From: Candidatus Thorarchaeota archaeon
GTDB lineage: Archaea > Asgardarchaeota > Thorarchaeia > Thorarchaeales > Thorarchaeaceae
Length of the DNA: 53,911 bases
Direction of reading: 5' to 3'
Assembly (NCBI GenBank): GCA_016839445.1
Contig: JAEOUG010000106.1
Coordinates: forward strand, 1-53,911
The notes beneath the pieces were generated by a model. The model worked only from the letters and a program-made list of their open reading frames with translations. It was not told the origin of the DNA and searched no databases. The translations under genes were made by a program, and so were the position numbers. Of the stretch, positions 20,201-27,762 are shown piece after piece; the first letter of the stretch is position 1; the number at the start of each line of letters is the position of its first letter.

Positions 20201-21078
20201 TGGTTAGTGACATTCATAATCCACTGGCCGGGAACTGTTACCGGTAGCCAGAACTGCATGGGTTGGAGAATCTCAACCGAGTTGACATCGCGAGATATCG
20301 CCATCTGTCCAATGCGGGAGTAATCAAGGATGTTCCCGTTGGGGTCAACGAGCCTGTGAGTCAGAACCTCTGATGTCGTTGACCAGTTGAATCGCCCGTA
20401 CATCCAGACAGCCCAGCTCGGAGGAGTGAACGGGTTGCTGGTCTCAGCATTGAAGACCGCGGAGCCCGAGAATTGGACTTCACTGGATGCACTGTCGGCT
20501 ATCGTGTGTGAGGCGCTCCCGGTGATTGGAGAGGGAGTGGTGAAGTCATCTTCAGCAATGGCCACAACCACAGATGCACTACTCGCCCACTCGGATGCAG
20601 CAAGCTTCGCGGCTATCTCTGCAGCTGTTGCGCCGTCAATTCGCGGATAGATTCTTGAGCCGAGTGACTCCTGTCTGTCAAGCAGCAGACTCTCCGGATA
20701 GTCTCCTACTACAATGCCCTGTTCCAGGCCCCCATCAACATACAAGTACTCAGCCCAGTCCTCAACAAGCCATGCCTCACTCGTGGAATCAGAGGAATAG
20801 AGCACTGGCGAAATGTACTGGGTATTGTTGTGCACAAACACGCCTGTCGGAACGGTAGCGATGTAGGCATACTCGTCAACATAAGATAGAGGGTCCGATG
20901 CAACGAACGCAATCCGGCTGAGTGGGTATTGGTCTGAGAACAACGCGGCCGGAGAAACGACATCCAAGCCTTCTGTCTGTCTGCTTGGGACGTATCCTGG
21001 AGAAGTAAGATACGCCGTGGAGCCTAAGAGAAGCACACATACCATCGAGACGGCCACGTATCTGCGGACTGCTATCAA
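17269..21078 (-). CDS. Large membrane-anchored surface protein with CWB2-like repeats and a C25 (gingipain-like) peptidase domain
   Basis: Signal peptide; STHG, LTAC, GAVAVTG, ILFGDP; DLNLALIDPTG PPC-like module; C-terminal TM helix followed by RRRR. Confidence 0.7.
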   Translation of the reverse strand: MIAVRRYVAVSMVCVLLLGSTAYLTSPGYVPSRQTEGLDVVSPAALFSDQYPLSRIAFVASDPLSYVDEYAYIATVPTGVFVHNNTQYISPVLYSSDSTSEAWLVEDWAEYLYVDGGLEQGIVVGDYPESLLLDRQESLGSRIYPRIDGATAAEIAAKLAASEWASSASVVVAIAEDDFTTPSPITGSASHTIADSASSEVQFSGSAVFNAETSNPFTPPSWAVWMYGRFNWSTTSEVLTHRLVDPNGNILDYSRIGQMAISRDVNSVEILQPMQFWLPVTVPGQWIMNVTNHGFDTVPLDCKVTYHPGFRQPVTVPAGAASFEVTLNWNNVATDLNLALIDPTGRMAMWAPAGSILSSPGVERINLPYPMPGEWTIIAGWMDATTEQNGLQLQWEISFLPTDLSENLEAAANAGVLASLRNAPLLYVDGDQVPAETQWALSRLGATQIFLVDPLGFASPSLLSELGALGSLIHIDNYPSVVGNITSISKSPDIVVTAPLGSGNELFAPSTYSAAVHGAPLFSVCGGDNELTTRAQETWAPYLVGPEIDNIYVVNRYENRAENGWYDERIPNQFSMMESVDTFEAFLGVRGAYNASTPQPVVVVAPETLVPSSFDRSLQSHFNPGRIPAATAEMASVFINRGLLHRYLFLTADSANTSLVSMYAYTDGEYFLDNFYNYPLLTQIENTTDALEDVGLETELHVGADVLFSYLDSQVAFWSLSTHGTLTLLPRDPPSRPGGQGHFSLRSTDSPWGFEESEVVRESLADGDHLVNPVAYAAENQNHVTRSTDDLDAALGNIGSPIVILTACLLGGTRLPEALMEHGAVAVTGSPRTVYFRPAGMLSVLVAQSLCEGETIGASLSNGLKLVSWDYSDPLTTREPADYANQQILFGDPSVRLYVPSANPHVAAVNPASVAFDGHTPGRGTSPVAALGQTAYLPAALSVLGISYDYYEPSNMSEFLTLLSLRSVTIVEPGTVSSFASELASSSEEIEDYVKSGGVLAILGIDDSLPWLPWPMVHSASGSGSSVSITEASHPLLSSPNSISSAIDYNGHFVSVWSNLTILATDGSDPVLVAGLAGLGKVALSTLTPTGSLRDELVENIVSWMDVPSIYLRDIALNQVIIWAGDTVRITIELTDIVGNPIQSASVDFWLNASSVSVTEVGEGIYSVILGGNWTQSNIGEFDIRIQASLAGFDTLSLVLEDFLTVRAVPWLIIAAVGGVLGVGIVGYLYLRRRRGDKVPWKDDRRSKEEREQQRKEDSKVDAKEFFGV

Positions 21079-21167
21079 GGGTCACAACTCCTTCGGAACA
21101 AGGACTCGACGCTTAGTAGCCAAATAGGGTTTTCCTGTGGAAATACGAATAACAGATTGTCCAGACC

Positions 21168-22052
21168 CTACTCAGTGTCTAGGTCAAGCAGGTCTTCGTC
21201 GAAGACATCGTCGTCCCCATCATCTTCTGTCTCTTCAGGTAGGGCATCAATCAGATCATCGATAACCTTTCTGAGGCGTCTCCGAGTTGTCTTGGGCACA
21301 TCCCACATCTTCTGCTCTGCGCGCTCCACAACTTCACGCGCTATATCGAAGATCTCAGCCTCGTAGTAGTTCTGCGCCGCCTCGACAAAAAGCTCAGCCG
21401 ACTTCTTCTCATTGCCCTGCGTTTCCGCGATGTCCCCAAGCAATGAAAGAGCATCAGCAACTCCGGCCTTATCATCAACATCCTTGTAGAGCTTCAAGGC
21501 CTTCTTAATCGTGGCCTCGGCTTTTATCCAGTCTTCCTGATCGACATATGCCGCCCCCATGTCCATGATGACACTGGCTTCGCCTTGATCGTTGCCAAGT
21601 GTCTTGTAGGACTTCTGAGCCTTCTTGAAGAATTCGAGGGCCTCTTCGAAATTACCACCACCGAGACTGGCAAGAGCCAAACCGTACTCGGCATCAGCGG
21701 CTCCGCTCTCGTTCTTGACCTTCTCAAAGAGGGACTTTGCTCCTTCAAGCGTTGAAACGGCTTCACTCCAACGTTCCAGATTGATTTGTGCAACGCCGAG
21801 ATTGTAGGTCGCGTCACTAATACCGCTCTGGTCATTGAGCTCCTTGTAGAGCTTCAGGGACTCGTCGAAACACTCGTGAGCCTCTTCGAATTCTGCAACT
21901 GACATGTATATGTTGCCGGCCGCATTGTAGAGCTTGGCACCAATGTCCTTGTTTCCTTCTCTTACTGCCGCTGCAGCCTGTTCAATAAGCTCGGCAGGGT
22001 CTAGGTCATCGTCGTCGTTCGAGTCCTCCAGCTCGGGATTCATATGGCTCAC
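21168..22052 (-). CDS. Tetratricopeptide repeat protein with acidic termini
   Basis: About 40-aa TPR-like repeats (YNLGVAQ, YGLALAS, MDMGAAY, SLLGDIA). Confidence 0.88.
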   Translation of the reverse strand: MSHMNPELEDSNDDDDLDPAELIEQAAAAVREGNKDIGAKLYNAAGNIYMSVAEFEEAHECFDESLKLYKELNDQSGISDATYNLGVAQINLERWSEAVSTLEGAKSLFEKVKNESGAADAEYGLALASLGGGNFEEALEFFKKAQKSYKTLGNDQGEASVIMDMGAAYVDQEDWIKAEATIKKALKLYKDVDDKAGVADALSLLGDIAETQGNEKKSAELFVEAAQNYYEAEIFDIAREVVERAEQKMWDVPKTTRRRLRKVIDDLIDALPEETEDDGDDDVFDEDLLDLDTE

Positions 22053-22112
22053 CTACTGATTTACGAATGCATGCGCTTTATCTCGCTTTTGATTCTTTCT
22101 GAACGTTGAAAG

Positions 22113-22814
22113 CTATCTGCGCATGATGAGGACTGGATTCTCTAGTAGGGGCCGGACCTCTTTCTTGACTGTGAACTGCTCGTCACCCACTTGCACTTCC
22201 AGCATCTTCCGGAGTTCGAATCGCCGAAGATAGCCAACAGCCTGGTCCCTCTCAAGGTTCAGATCCTTTGTGAGCCTCTTTAGGCCATCCTTTGCTCCGC
22301 TGTACTCGGCGAACTTACCCAAGACCGTACTCCACTGCATCATAACGAGATACATCAGGGTCCGAAGCATGCTATCCACATTCTCGCCCGTCTTGGCTGA
22401 CACAGGGAAGACCGGGAGGCCGGCAAGAAATCTAAGGCTCTTCCTAAGCTGGTCAACAGGTCTGGATTCCGTAAGATCCTGTTTGTTGGCCGCCACGACG
22501 CAAGGGACTCCAGGTAAGAAGAAGGCAATCTCACGGAAGAAGAGCTTCGCACGAGCGTCTGACTCAGGATCGACAGAGTCGACTACGAAAATGATGCCAT
22601 CAGCCCCTGAGCTCAGTATTTTTCTCATTGTCCTGAACCTCAGAAGACCAGGAGTGCCAAAGAGGAACACGCTCATATCATCGACGTTGGCCAAGCCATG
22701 GTCCATAGCGATGGTCGTCCCTCTCCTCTCAATGTTGATACATGCACCGCCGGTTATGTGGTGAATCATTGCACTCTTCCCGGCTCCGTATGGACCTGTG
22801 ACGACGACCTTCAT
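22113..22814 (-). CDS. Small GTPase, MglA/CvnD-like, with a C-terminal HTH-like extension
   Basis: KVVVTGPYGAGKS, TTIAMDHG, FGTPGL, NKQD, SAK. Confidence 0.85.
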   Translation of the reverse strand: MKVVVTGPYGAGKSAMIHHITGGACINIERRGTTIAMDHGLANVDDMSVFLFGTPGLLRFRTMRKILSSGADGIIFVVDSVDPESDARAKLFFREIAFFLPGVPCVVAANKQDLTESRPVDQLRKSLRFLAGLPVFPVSAKTGENVDSMLRTLMYLVMMQWSTVLGKFAEYSGAKDGLKRLTKDLNLERDQAVGYLRRFELRKMLEVQVGDEQFTVKKEVRPLLENPVLIMRR

Positions 22815-23021
22815 CGCTTAACACCTGAGTCGCTTGGTGCAAGACTACTGTGCTGCTCGTTAAATGGTTTGTTGTGAACAATGTCGCGAGTACTGCTAGT
22901 CCGCCAATCATAGCGAGGTTCTGGGCGCGGCCACTCGCATTTCCTTCTGTCCATAACCGCAGAGTATATATCGGCAAATCACGAAGTATTAGACGTAATC
23001 ACAAAAGGAGCGATGCTCTGA

Positions 23022-23186
23022 TTGGGAGAAAGCAAAGCAAAATCGGACTCGGACTTCTGGCTCTTCCATGACCTTGAAGAGGAAGAGCTGATGGAGCTTA
23101 GGAAGTTCATTGACCCAGAACTAGATCTCAGTCCTCTAGAGGGCATAGATGAGTTGTTCACCAAGCTGAATCATCTCTTAGAGTAG
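23022..23186 (+). CDS. Small acidic hypothetical protein (54 aa), absent from the ORF track
   Basis: TTG start, open frame MGESKAKSDSDFWLFHDLEEEELMELRKF...LNHLLE to TAG; AAGGAG and TATATAT upstream. Confidence 0.5.
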   Translation: MGESKAKSDSDFWLFHDLEEEELMELRKFIDPELDLSPLEGIDELFTKLNHLLE

Positions 23187-23275
23187 AGGGACACGCGATT
23201 CAGAAGGATATGGTTTGAGACCGGCCGCTTGCGACGGCTCTCCTCAAACTGCAGGCCCTGGGGTTTGAGCAGTTC

Positions 23276-24310
23276 TCACGGGAACTCGGTCTCGACATAC
23301 TCTACATCTTTTGTCAAACGCGCAGTGGGTGCACCTTCCGGTTTTTCCGTTTGACCCACGGTCCAGCAAGGGAGCCCATTCCGCTCGAGAAGCGATGCAA
23401 ACTCTTCTGTCTTGGATGCATCGAGGAACACTAGCATGCCGCCAGCGGTTTCGGCCGCGAGTCCTTGGGCGAGCTTGTGGCCATAGAACTTCGCGAGTTC
23501 CAGAGTGCCACGAATCACAGGCATAACGTCAAGGATGACATCAAGGTTGCTCAACGCGCTAACGTTACCGGCATGGCCTAGCAGGCCGAATCCCGTTACA
23601 TCTGTCGCCGCGTTGACGCCAACCTCATTCATTGCTTGTGCTACCTCAAGGTTGCTCTTGGTCATGATGGAAACCGCAGCCTCCTGCATGGCTATCAAGT
23701 CAGACTCATTGAATCGCTCGAGCACCTTGTCACGCTTCTCGTCTTTGAGATCACGATACGAGCGCATAGCAGGCTGTATTCCGAGAGGTTTCGTCAGAAT
23801 GACGACATCACCAGGTTGTGCTCCACCCGAGTAGACGATGTCTTTGGGATGGGCCATTCCTAGTGCAATCCCGCCGAAAACGGGACAGGGGTTGGTAATG
23901 GTCTGTCCACCTGTGACCGACGCACCGAGTTCACGCATGAACTCACTCATTCCTCTCAGAACGCCAACCACGATGCTCTCATCCAAGTCCTCTGGATAGG
24001 CTGCAAACGCTTGCAGTGAGAGGATTCTTGCGGCACCCATTGCGAAGACATCGTTTGTCGCGTTGCATGCTACGATCCTCCCTTGGGTGACAGGATCATC
24101 GTGGATTGGAGTGAAGACGTCCACGTTCTCCACAATAGCGATATCATCGCTCAAAGTGCGAACGACTGCATCGTCCCCAACTTCTCCACCGCAGGTGGCT
24201 CCCTGAGGCAGAAGTCCTGCTGTCTGTAGAAGGCGAGCTAGGTCTCCCTGTTTAATCTTGCAGCTTCAGCCGTGAGATGTAACCATTGCTGTGAGTCTTA
24301 CCTCAGGCAC
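23276..24310 (-). CDS. selD: Selenophosphate synthetase (selenide, water dikinase), a selenoprotein with Sec at codon 15
   Basis: GTG at 24310 preceded by AAAGGAGGT; MPEVRLTAMVTSHG-TGA-SCKI then GDDA, DVFTPI, NDVFAMG, LTKPLG, TDVTGFGLLGH, ETAGG; TGA at 24266-24268 occupies the catalytic Cys/Sec position. Confidence 0.95.
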
Positions 24311-24321
24311 TTAGTGGCTCA

Positions 24322-24330
24322 ACCTCCTTT
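24322..24330 (-). promoter_or_regulatory. Shine-Dalgarno sequence of selD (AAAGGAGGT)
   Basis: Strong anti-SD complement about 11 nt upstream of the GTG at 24310. Confidence 0.7.
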
Positions 24331-24452
24331 CTTGCTCTGGGCTTCATGCCCGACACTACAATCCGGGACTGCGTAATAAGCAGATGGGTGTTGGATGCTT
24401 CATAATCCTTATAGCAACTCTCTCGGACCGAACCTAGGTTCTTCCCTCAGGA

Positions 24453-25907
24453 GTGAGCTATGTGAACATCAAGAAGATTTCAGAGTATGTCCACGAGATA
24501 CCGAAGGACACGCAGGCATGTATGAAGGTCCCTGTCAAGATTTACGCCTCAAACGGTCTGGTAAGCAAGATGAAGCAAGATGCGACCTTCCAGCAGGCGG
24601 CGAACTCGGCATGTCTTCCTGGGGTGTATTCGCACACAATCGTGCTGCCGGATGGACACCAGGGCTACGGCTTCCCTATTGGTGGAGTGGCAGCCACAGA
24701 CTACGAAACAGGAGTCATTTCGCCCGGAGGAGTAGGCTATGACATCAACTGCGGAGTAAGGGTCTTGCGCACAGATCTGGATGAGAATGATGTCCGTCCC
24801 AAGCTCAGAGAACTAATCGACACGCTTTTCGATGACGTTCCTACAGGTGTTGGACGGCATGGCAAGATTACCCTTAGAGGCCAGGCTGGCGTCGACGAAG
24901 TCCTCAGGGGAGGAGCCGCGTGGGCAGTTGAACAGGGATATGGATGGAAGGAGGATCTACTGCATCAGGAGGCGAATGGACAGCTCAAGATAGCGGCCCC
25001 AGAACATGTTTCAAGTGAGGCCAAGAATCGTGGCCTCAAACAGACCGGGACCCTCGGATCCGGGAATCACTTCCTGGAGATTCAGGTCGTAGACGACATC
25101 TATGATGAGAACGCAGCCAAGGTGATGGGAGTAGACAGGAAGGGTCAGGTCATGGTGATGATACACAGCGGGTCAAGAGGGCTAGGCCATCAAGTCTGCT
25201 CAGATTACATCAAGGTAATGACAAACGCCATGCGGAAGTACAACATCGAAGTGCCTGATAGGGAGCTCTGCAGTGCTCCAGTAACGTCCGACGAGGGACA
25301 GGCGTATCTTGGAGCCATGAGCGCGGCGGCCAACTACGCCTTCGCAAATCGCCAATCAATGATGCATTGGACTAGAGAGGCAGTGGGAAAGGTGATGGGG
25401 CAATCACCTGAGGATCTAGACATGCATCTCATCTATGACGTGGCCCATAACATGGGCAAAGTAGAGGAACATGATATCGAGGGCAGGAAGACAAAGGTGG
25501 TAGTCCACAGGAAGGGCGCCACAAGGGCATTTCCGCCGGGTCACCACGACGTTCCAACGAAGTACCGTAGCATAGGTCAGCCAGTGCTGATACCGGGGAC
25601 AATGGGGACCGCATCCTACATACTCATTGGCAATGAAAAGAGCATGCAGCTCTCCTTCGGTTCAACTGCGCACGGTGCTGGAAGATTCATGAGCCGTTCC
25701 CGAGCCAAGAAGCAATTCTTCGGCAAGGAGGTGCAAGCAGACCTCTCAAAGGAGGGCATCATTGTCCGAGCTACTACAGGCGTCGTTATAGCCGAAGAGG
25801 CACCAGGAGCCTACAAGGACGTTGATGAGGTAGTCAAGGTTTCCGATGCGGTAGGGATTGCTACGAAAGCAGTCAGACTACGACCCATCGGGGTCATCAA
25901 GGGCTAG
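24453..25907 (+). CDS. rtcB: tRNA-splicing ligase RtcB
   Basis: LPDGHQGYGFPIGGV, GYDINCG, GSGNHFLE, HSGSRG, HN, HRKGAT, HGAGR, EEAPGAYK. Confidence 0.98.
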   Translation: MSYVNIKKISEYVHEIPKDTQACMKVPVKIYASNGLVSKMKQDATFQQAANSACLPGVYSHTIVLPDGHQGYGFPIGGVAATDYETGVISPGGVGYDINCGVRVLRTDLDENDVRPKLRELIDTLFDDVPTGVGRHGKITLRGQAGVDEVLRGGAAWAVEQGYGWKEDLLHQEANGQLKIAAPEHVSSEAKNRGLKQTGTLGSGNHFLEIQVVDDIYDENAAKVMGVDRKGQVMVMIHSGSRGLGHQVCSDYIKVMTNAMRKYNIEVPDRELCSAPVTSDEGQAYLGAMSAAANYAFANRQSMMHWTREAVGKVMGQSPEDLDMHLIYDVAHNMGKVEEHDIEGRKTKVVVHRKGATRAFPPGHHDVPTKYRSIGQPVLIPGTMGTASYILIGNEKSMQLSFGSTAHGAGRFMSRSRAKKQFFGKEVQADLSKEGIIVRATTGVVIAEEAPGAYKDVDEVVKVSDAVGIATKAVRLRPIGVIKG

Positions 25908-26825
25908 ATTGTGCTGGCGCTCCTTGGAGGCAATGTCTGCCAACACGATCGCCACACCGACCAGTATCACGCAGAAGCCCAAGAGCTCTGCAGGTCCGAG
26001 GAACTCCGAGAACACTACCACAGCCAGCAGGCCGGCACCGACCGGCTCACCTAGAACTGCAGAAGAGACAACGTAGGCAGGCACCTTGGTCAGAAGATAG
26101 TTGTAAACGGAGTGACCAAGAACGGTCGGGAATACTGCCAGAGCAATAAAGAGCAGAATCTCACGGGGATCCAGCACCAGAACGTTGTATCCTAAGGGAA
26201 TACAGAAGCTCAATGTCACAAGTGCGGCAACGAGATAGACAACAGATGTGTATACTGTGATAGGAATCTCTCTAGCATACCTTCTGCCCCCGATGAAGTA
26301 AAGCGCCAAGAAGAAGGCTCCTGCCAGAGCAAGGACATCACCCAGCAGAGCGTCAAGGTCCGTGCCTCCGAAGTCGCCCCAAGCAAGAAGAACGACACCG
26401 GCAACTCCTACTAGTACACCAATCCAAGACCGCCTTCTCAGTGATTCGCCCAAGACCGCACTAGAGAGGATAGCAGTGAGAAGAGGTGACGAGTCCACCA
26501 ACACCACACTGGCGGCCACCGTTGTCAAGAACAGCGATTGAAACCAAGTGGAGAAATGGAGGGAGAGTGCCACACCTACAAGTACGAATCTGGACATGTT
26601 CTTCCGGAGCGTGCTCGAGTGTCGAGGAGAGAAGTCTCGTCGAACAAGTCCGATTGCTGCCATGAAGATTGCCCCGTATAGCGTTCGCCAGAACACAATC
26701 ACGAGAGGGGGAGATGCACTCAGCCGAATGAGGATGCTTGCTGAGGACACCATTGATACTGCAAGCACAAGCAGGAGGACTATCTGGCGTGGATTAGAGC
26801 TCTCATCAAGAAGTGGGCGAGACAT
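25878..26825 (-). CDS. EamA/DMT family transporter
   Basis: About 10 TM helices in two repeats; overlaps the rtcB 3' end convergently. Confidence 0.9.
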   Translation of the reverse strand: MSRPLLDESSNPRQIVLLLVLAVSMVSSASILIRLSASPPLVIVFWRTLYGAIFMAAIGLVRRDFSPRHSSTLRKNMSRFVLVGVALSLHFSTWFQSLFLTTVAASVVLVDSSPLLTAILSSAVLGESLRRRSWIGVLVGVAGVVLLAWGDFGGTDLDALLGDVLALAGAFFLALYFIGGRRYAREIPITVYTSVVYLVAALVTLSFCIPLGYNVLVLDPREILLFIALAVFPTVLGHSVYNYLLTKVPAYVVSSAVLGEPVGAGLLAVVVFSEFLGPAELLGFCVILVGVAIVLADIASKERQHNLALDDPDGS

Positions 26826-26828
26826 GAT

Positions 26829-27329
26829 TCACACCGTAATCTCATGCCCAGAGAACTGACACGCCACACACCGGACTTCTTCGTCCAGGACTTCAGCCAC
26901 TTCACTTGCGCAGACGGGACACTTCTGTACAATGAGATTCTCAAGATTGCGGCTTGTGAGAATATCTACAACATCATCAATCCGATCATAGATGAACAGG
27001 ACCTTCCCAGGCGCTCCCGAGACCATCTTCGACAATGGGCCGGACTGGCGATGCATGAACATAAGGATAGGCTTGACTAGCTCAATTGCAAGCATGATTT
27101 CCATCCCAACTCCAAGAGATGGACTGGATACTTCTGCCACGAGGAAGTCTGATAGCCGGACCTTCTCGACGTCTCGCGTGTAAATGTCCTTTGCCGACGC
27201 GGGTTCAAGGAACTGAGGAGCAAAGACCTCAATTCCCTTCTTCTCTATAGCTCCTACGACAGTCCGGCAGAAGTCCTCTTTCCTCAGTGCCTCAACGATT
27301 ATCGGCGCAGATAGATACGCGAGAACCAT
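26829..27329 (-). CDS. Nucleoside 2-deoxyribosyltransferase/DNPH1-like protein with a C-terminal zinc ribbon
   Basis: YLSAP, DIYTRD, SDFLVAEVSSPSLGVGME; CPVC...CVAC. Confidence 0.8.
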   Translation of the reverse strand: MVLAYLSAPIIVEALRKEDFCRTVVGAIEKKGIEVFAPQFLEPASAKDIYTRDVEKVRLSDFLVAEVSSPSLGVGMEIMLAIELVKPILMFMHRQSGPLSKMVSGAPGKVLFIYDRIDDVVDILTSRNLENLIVQKCPVCASEVAEVLDEEVRCVACQFSGHEITV

Positions 27330-27349
27330 TCCTTTCTAGGCTCCTTGCG

Positions 27350-27718
27350 TTACTTCTCCTCGGATTTCGTTCGAGCTCCGAGCTCCGAGATGGATAGCAC
27401 AGAACCGTCATCGGGGACTTGTTCGTACTTGCCAGACCGTCCAAGTGAGAGCTGGATGTTCCCCTGCCATTCCTTGGCCCAGCCATCTTCAATCTTGATA
27501 ACCATCCCGGCAGAGAGATCATCGCCTTCGCCGAATCCCCAGAGAGACAGGATAACAGAGCCGGTCTCGTCAGCAACGAGAATCTCACGAAGCATGGTTC
27601 TTCGTCCAGCCCGTGTCTTGATTAGTCGAGCAGGAGCAACAGAAAGTATTCGAACTGTCAAACCGGTAACGTTCTTTCCAGGCTCAATCTCTGCTATCTT
27701 CACCTGAGTAACCCACAC
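27350..27718 (-). CDS. Single OB-fold single-stranded DNA-binding protein
   Basis: KIAEIEPG, VADETGSVILSLWG, WQGNIQLSLG resemble crenarchaeal SSB and hSSB1-type OB folds. Confidence 0.85.
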   Translation of the reverse strand: MWVTQVKIAEIEPGKNVTGLTVRILSVAPARLIKTRAGRRTMLREILVADETGSVILSLWGFGEGDDLSAGMVIKIEDGWAKEWQGNIQLSLGRSGKYEQVPDDGSVLSISELGARTKSEEK

Positions 27719-27762
27719 AGAGTGAAACGAACTGGCAAATCAGTCTTTCCGACAACGACTAG

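Noticed and set aside
23100-23180. Eukaryote-type SECIS (ATGA...AA...GA) further downstream of selD
   Set aside because: Spacing is too long and the predicted helix pairs for only about 4 bp
24154-24310. selD as a nonsense pseudogene, or starting at 24154
   Set aside because: The single TGA sits exactly at the catalytic Cys/Sec position, the upstream frame is SelD-like and has a strong SD; Sec recoding explains it better
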